Shown here: positions 61,866 through 64,000 of the stretch, piece by piece
How the letters are laid out: each line of letters begins with the position of its first letter
How positions within the stretch are numbered: position 1 is the stretch's first letter
Source: Anaerolineae bacterium
Lineage (GTDB): Bacteria; Chloroflexota; Anaerolineae; UBA1429
Reading direction: 5' to 3'
DNA: 64,000 bases
Assembly (NCBI GenBank): GCA_040767425.1
Contig: JAXGON010000005.1
Location: 26,969 to 90,968, forward strand
Position numbers and translations under genes: made by a program
Notes under the pieces: generated by a model
What the model was told of the DNA's origin: nothing
The model's database searches: none
Seen by the model: the letters and a program-made list of their open reading frames with translations, nothing else

Positions 61866-63593
61866 ATGAGACACCTAAAGCACGAGGCCGAGTTCTGTGT
61901 CGTAGGCGGGGGCCTCTCCGGCATGGCCGCCGCCATCGCGGCGGCGCGGCACGGCGTCAAGACCGTGCTCATGCAGGATCGGCCCGTCCTGGGCGGCAAC
62001 GCCTCCTCGGAGGTCCGCATGTGGGTGTGCGGCGCCCGCGGCCGCGACAATCGCGAGACCGGGATCATCGAGGAGATCCTGCTGGAGAACCTGTATCGCA
62101 ACCCCATGCGCAACTATACCATGTGGGACGCCATCCTCTGGGCCAAGGTGCGCTACCAGGAGAACCTCACGCTGCTGCTGAACTGCTCCTGCAATGACCT
62201 GGTGATGGATGGCGACCGGATCCGCTCGGTCAAGGGGTGGCAGGGCACCGCCGAGACCTGGCACACGGTGGAAGCTGCTCTGTTCGCCGACTGCTCGGGC
62301 GATAGCGTCCTAGCGCCGCTCTCGGGGGCCGAGTTCCGCGTGGGCCGCGAGGCCAGATCCGAGTTTGACGAGTCGATCGAGCCAGAGCAGGCCGACAAAA
62401 AGACCATGGGCATGAGCTGCTTGATCCAAGCGCGAGAGACCGACCGCCCCCAGCAGTTCATCCCCTTTCCGTGGGCCGAGGTCTTCCCAAGCGAGGACAG
62501 CCTGCCCCATCGCGACCATCGCCTGCCCCAATCCAATTTCTGGTGGATCGAGCTGGGCGGCGAGCAGGACAGCATTCACGACACCGAAGAGGTCCGGGAT
62601 GAGCTGCTGCGGGCCGCGTTTGGCATCTGGGATCATATCAAGAACCGCGGCGACCATGGCGCCGATAACTGGGCACTGGAGTGGATCGGGTTCCTGCCCG
62701 GCAAGCGCGAGAGCCGCCGCTATGTGGGCGATCACATTCTGACCCAGAACGAGGTGCGAGCCGAGGGGCGCTTTGATGACCTGGTGGCCTATGGCGGCTG
62801 GCCGATGGATGACCATCACCCTGGCGGCCTGCGCTGGCAGGGCGAACCAACCATCTTTCATCCGGCGCCGTCGCCCTTTGGCATCCCGTACCGCTGCCTC
62901 TATTCGCGCAATATTGCCAACCTCTTCTGCGCCGGCCGAAACATCAGCACCAGCCATGCCGCCCTCAGCTCCACGCGGGTGATGGCCACCTGCGCGTTGC
63001 TGGGCCAGGCCGTCGGCACCGCTGCCGCGCTAGCGACCCACCACTCCCTGACTCCACGTGGTGTCTACCAGGAGCGGATCGATGAGCTCAAGCAAACCCT
63101 GATGGACGACGACTGCTACCTCCCCTGGAACGTCCGCCAAGTGCCCGCCCTGAGCCGAACGGCCCAGCTCACGGCGACCGACGGCGACCCCGAGCCATTG
63201 CGCAACGGCATCGACCGCGCCATCGGCGACGACTATAACGGGTGGGTGGCGCCCAAGGGGGCATCGGTCGAGTATCGCTTTGCCGAGCCGCAGACCGTGC
63301 GTCAGATACGCCTGGTGTTCGATAGCCACCTGAACCGCACCGGCCAGAACATGCCCTGCGCCTACCCGCTGCAGGCCGAGCCGGCCAACGTGCCGCCCAC
63401 CATGGTGCGCGCCTTTCGCCTGGAGGCGGAGGACGATGCAGGCCGCTGGAAGGTCATACATCGCGAGCGTGAGAACTATCAGCGGCTGGTGCGCGTCCCG
63501 ACCGACCTGACCACGCGCGCCGTGCGGCTGGTACCCGAGGAGACCTGGGGCGACGACGAGGTGCGCCTATTCGCCTGGGATCTGGACGCGTAA
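61866..63593 (+). CDS. FAD-dependent oxidoreductase (FAD_oxidored family) with C-terminal discoidin-like domain
   Basis: VVGGGLSG, LGGNASSE, DCSGD, KRESRR, IPYRCL, STRVMATC. Confidence 0.9.
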   Translation: MRHLKHEAEFCVVGGGLSGMAAAIAAARHGVKTVLMQDRPVLGGNASSEVRMWVCGARGRDNRETGIIEEILLENLYRNPMRNYTMWDAILWAKVRYQENLTLLLNCSCNDLVMDGDRIRSVKGWQGTAETWHTVEAALFADCSGDSVLAPLSGAEFRVGREARSEFDESIEPEQADKKTMGMSCLIQARETDRPQQFIPFPWAEVFPSEDSLPHRDHRLPQSNFWWIELGGEQDSIHDTEEVRDELLRAAFGIWDHIKNRGDHGADNWALEWIGFLPGKRESRRYVGDHILTQNEVRAEGRFDDLVAYGGWPMDDHHPGGLRWQGEPTIFHPAPSPFGIPYRCLYSRNIANLFCAGRNISTSHAALSSTRVMATCALLGQAVGTAAALATHHSLTPRGVYQERIDELKQTLMDDDCYLPWNVRQVPALSRTAQLTATDGDPEPLRNGIDRAIGDDYNGWVAPKGASVEYRFAEPQTVRQIRLVFDSHLNRTGQNMPCAYPLQAEPANVPPTMVRAFRLEAEDDAGRWKVIHRERENYQRLVRVPTDLTTRAVRLVPEETWGDDEVRLFAWDLDA

Positions 63594-63747
63594 CGCCCGG
63601 CCGGCTACGCGTCCCCAGTTGGCGCCAGACACGCGGGTAAGGTAGCCCATCTCCTGCCCGCGTGTGTCTTTCGGATGCCGGCGCGAGAGCGAGTCAAAAA
63701 GCTCCAGCGCATCAAGATGCCAAGAGGGAACAGAAGGTGAGGCGACC

Positions 63748-64000
63748 ATGAGCCTATCCGCTCATGCGGTGCAGAGCAGCCAGAGCTCGTGGCTTACCGA
63801 GTTGCAGGAAAAGGCGACGGCCGTCGGGATCGCGGGCCTGTACGCCGCCGGGCTGATGCTCGCCTTTAGCCAGGAGATCCTGGCCCAGAATCCGGTGCGT
63901 TTGTGGTTGCCTGTGGCGGCGCTGCTCCTAACGGGTGCGATCACCCTGCTGCTGCGGTGGGCGCCGATGGTCGCTCGGACGCTGCTCATCATCGCGATGG
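63748..64000 (+). CDS. Membrane protein N-terminus, possibly a sensor kinase; runs off the window
   Basis: AGGTGAGG SD, open frame with TM segments to the end of the window. Confidence 0.6.
   Translation, partial: MSLSAHAVQSSQSSWLTELQEKATAVGIAGLYAAGLMLAFSQEILAQNPVRLWLPVAALLLTGAITLLLRWAPMVARTLLIIAM

Overview
GC-rich bacterial chromosome segment. The gene content suggests an anaerobic Chloroflexota/Anaerolineae-type organism (inferred from GT39/DUF2079 membrane proteins, URO-D-like proteins and many uncharacterised glycoside-hydrolase-like TIM barrels). It holds about 50 intact CDS: a Re-citrate-synthase-like enzyme, an S9 peptidase, a PEP-utilising dikinase-like protein, ROK kinase, PfkA, MgsA, a ThrC-like enzyme, a BMP nucleoside ABC system, HtrA, an S8 protease, an L,D-transpeptidase, Fur, an RRM protein and others. 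No rRNA, tRNA, CRISPR array, phage gene or intact transposase was seen. The most striking unexplained element is a stand-alone, ~300-nt, highly structured non-coding RNA candidate on the minus strand (20070-20370). It has its own near-consensus sigma70 promoter, a 14-bp closing helix, GNRA-capped hairpins, an internal 21-nt repeat and a 3' hairpin, and I could not match it to any standard RNA. Other notable items: two matching IS-end relics 6.7 kb apart with a transposase fragment; a decayed tandem duplication whose hairpin centre is inverted; a second sRNA candidate with an anti-SD motif; a 45-aa translationally coupled membrane peptide missing from the ORF track; an in-frame GNAT/iron-sulfur flavoprotein fusion with an internal start; and several pseudogene fragments. 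All family assignments come from motifs recognised by eye; no searches were run.
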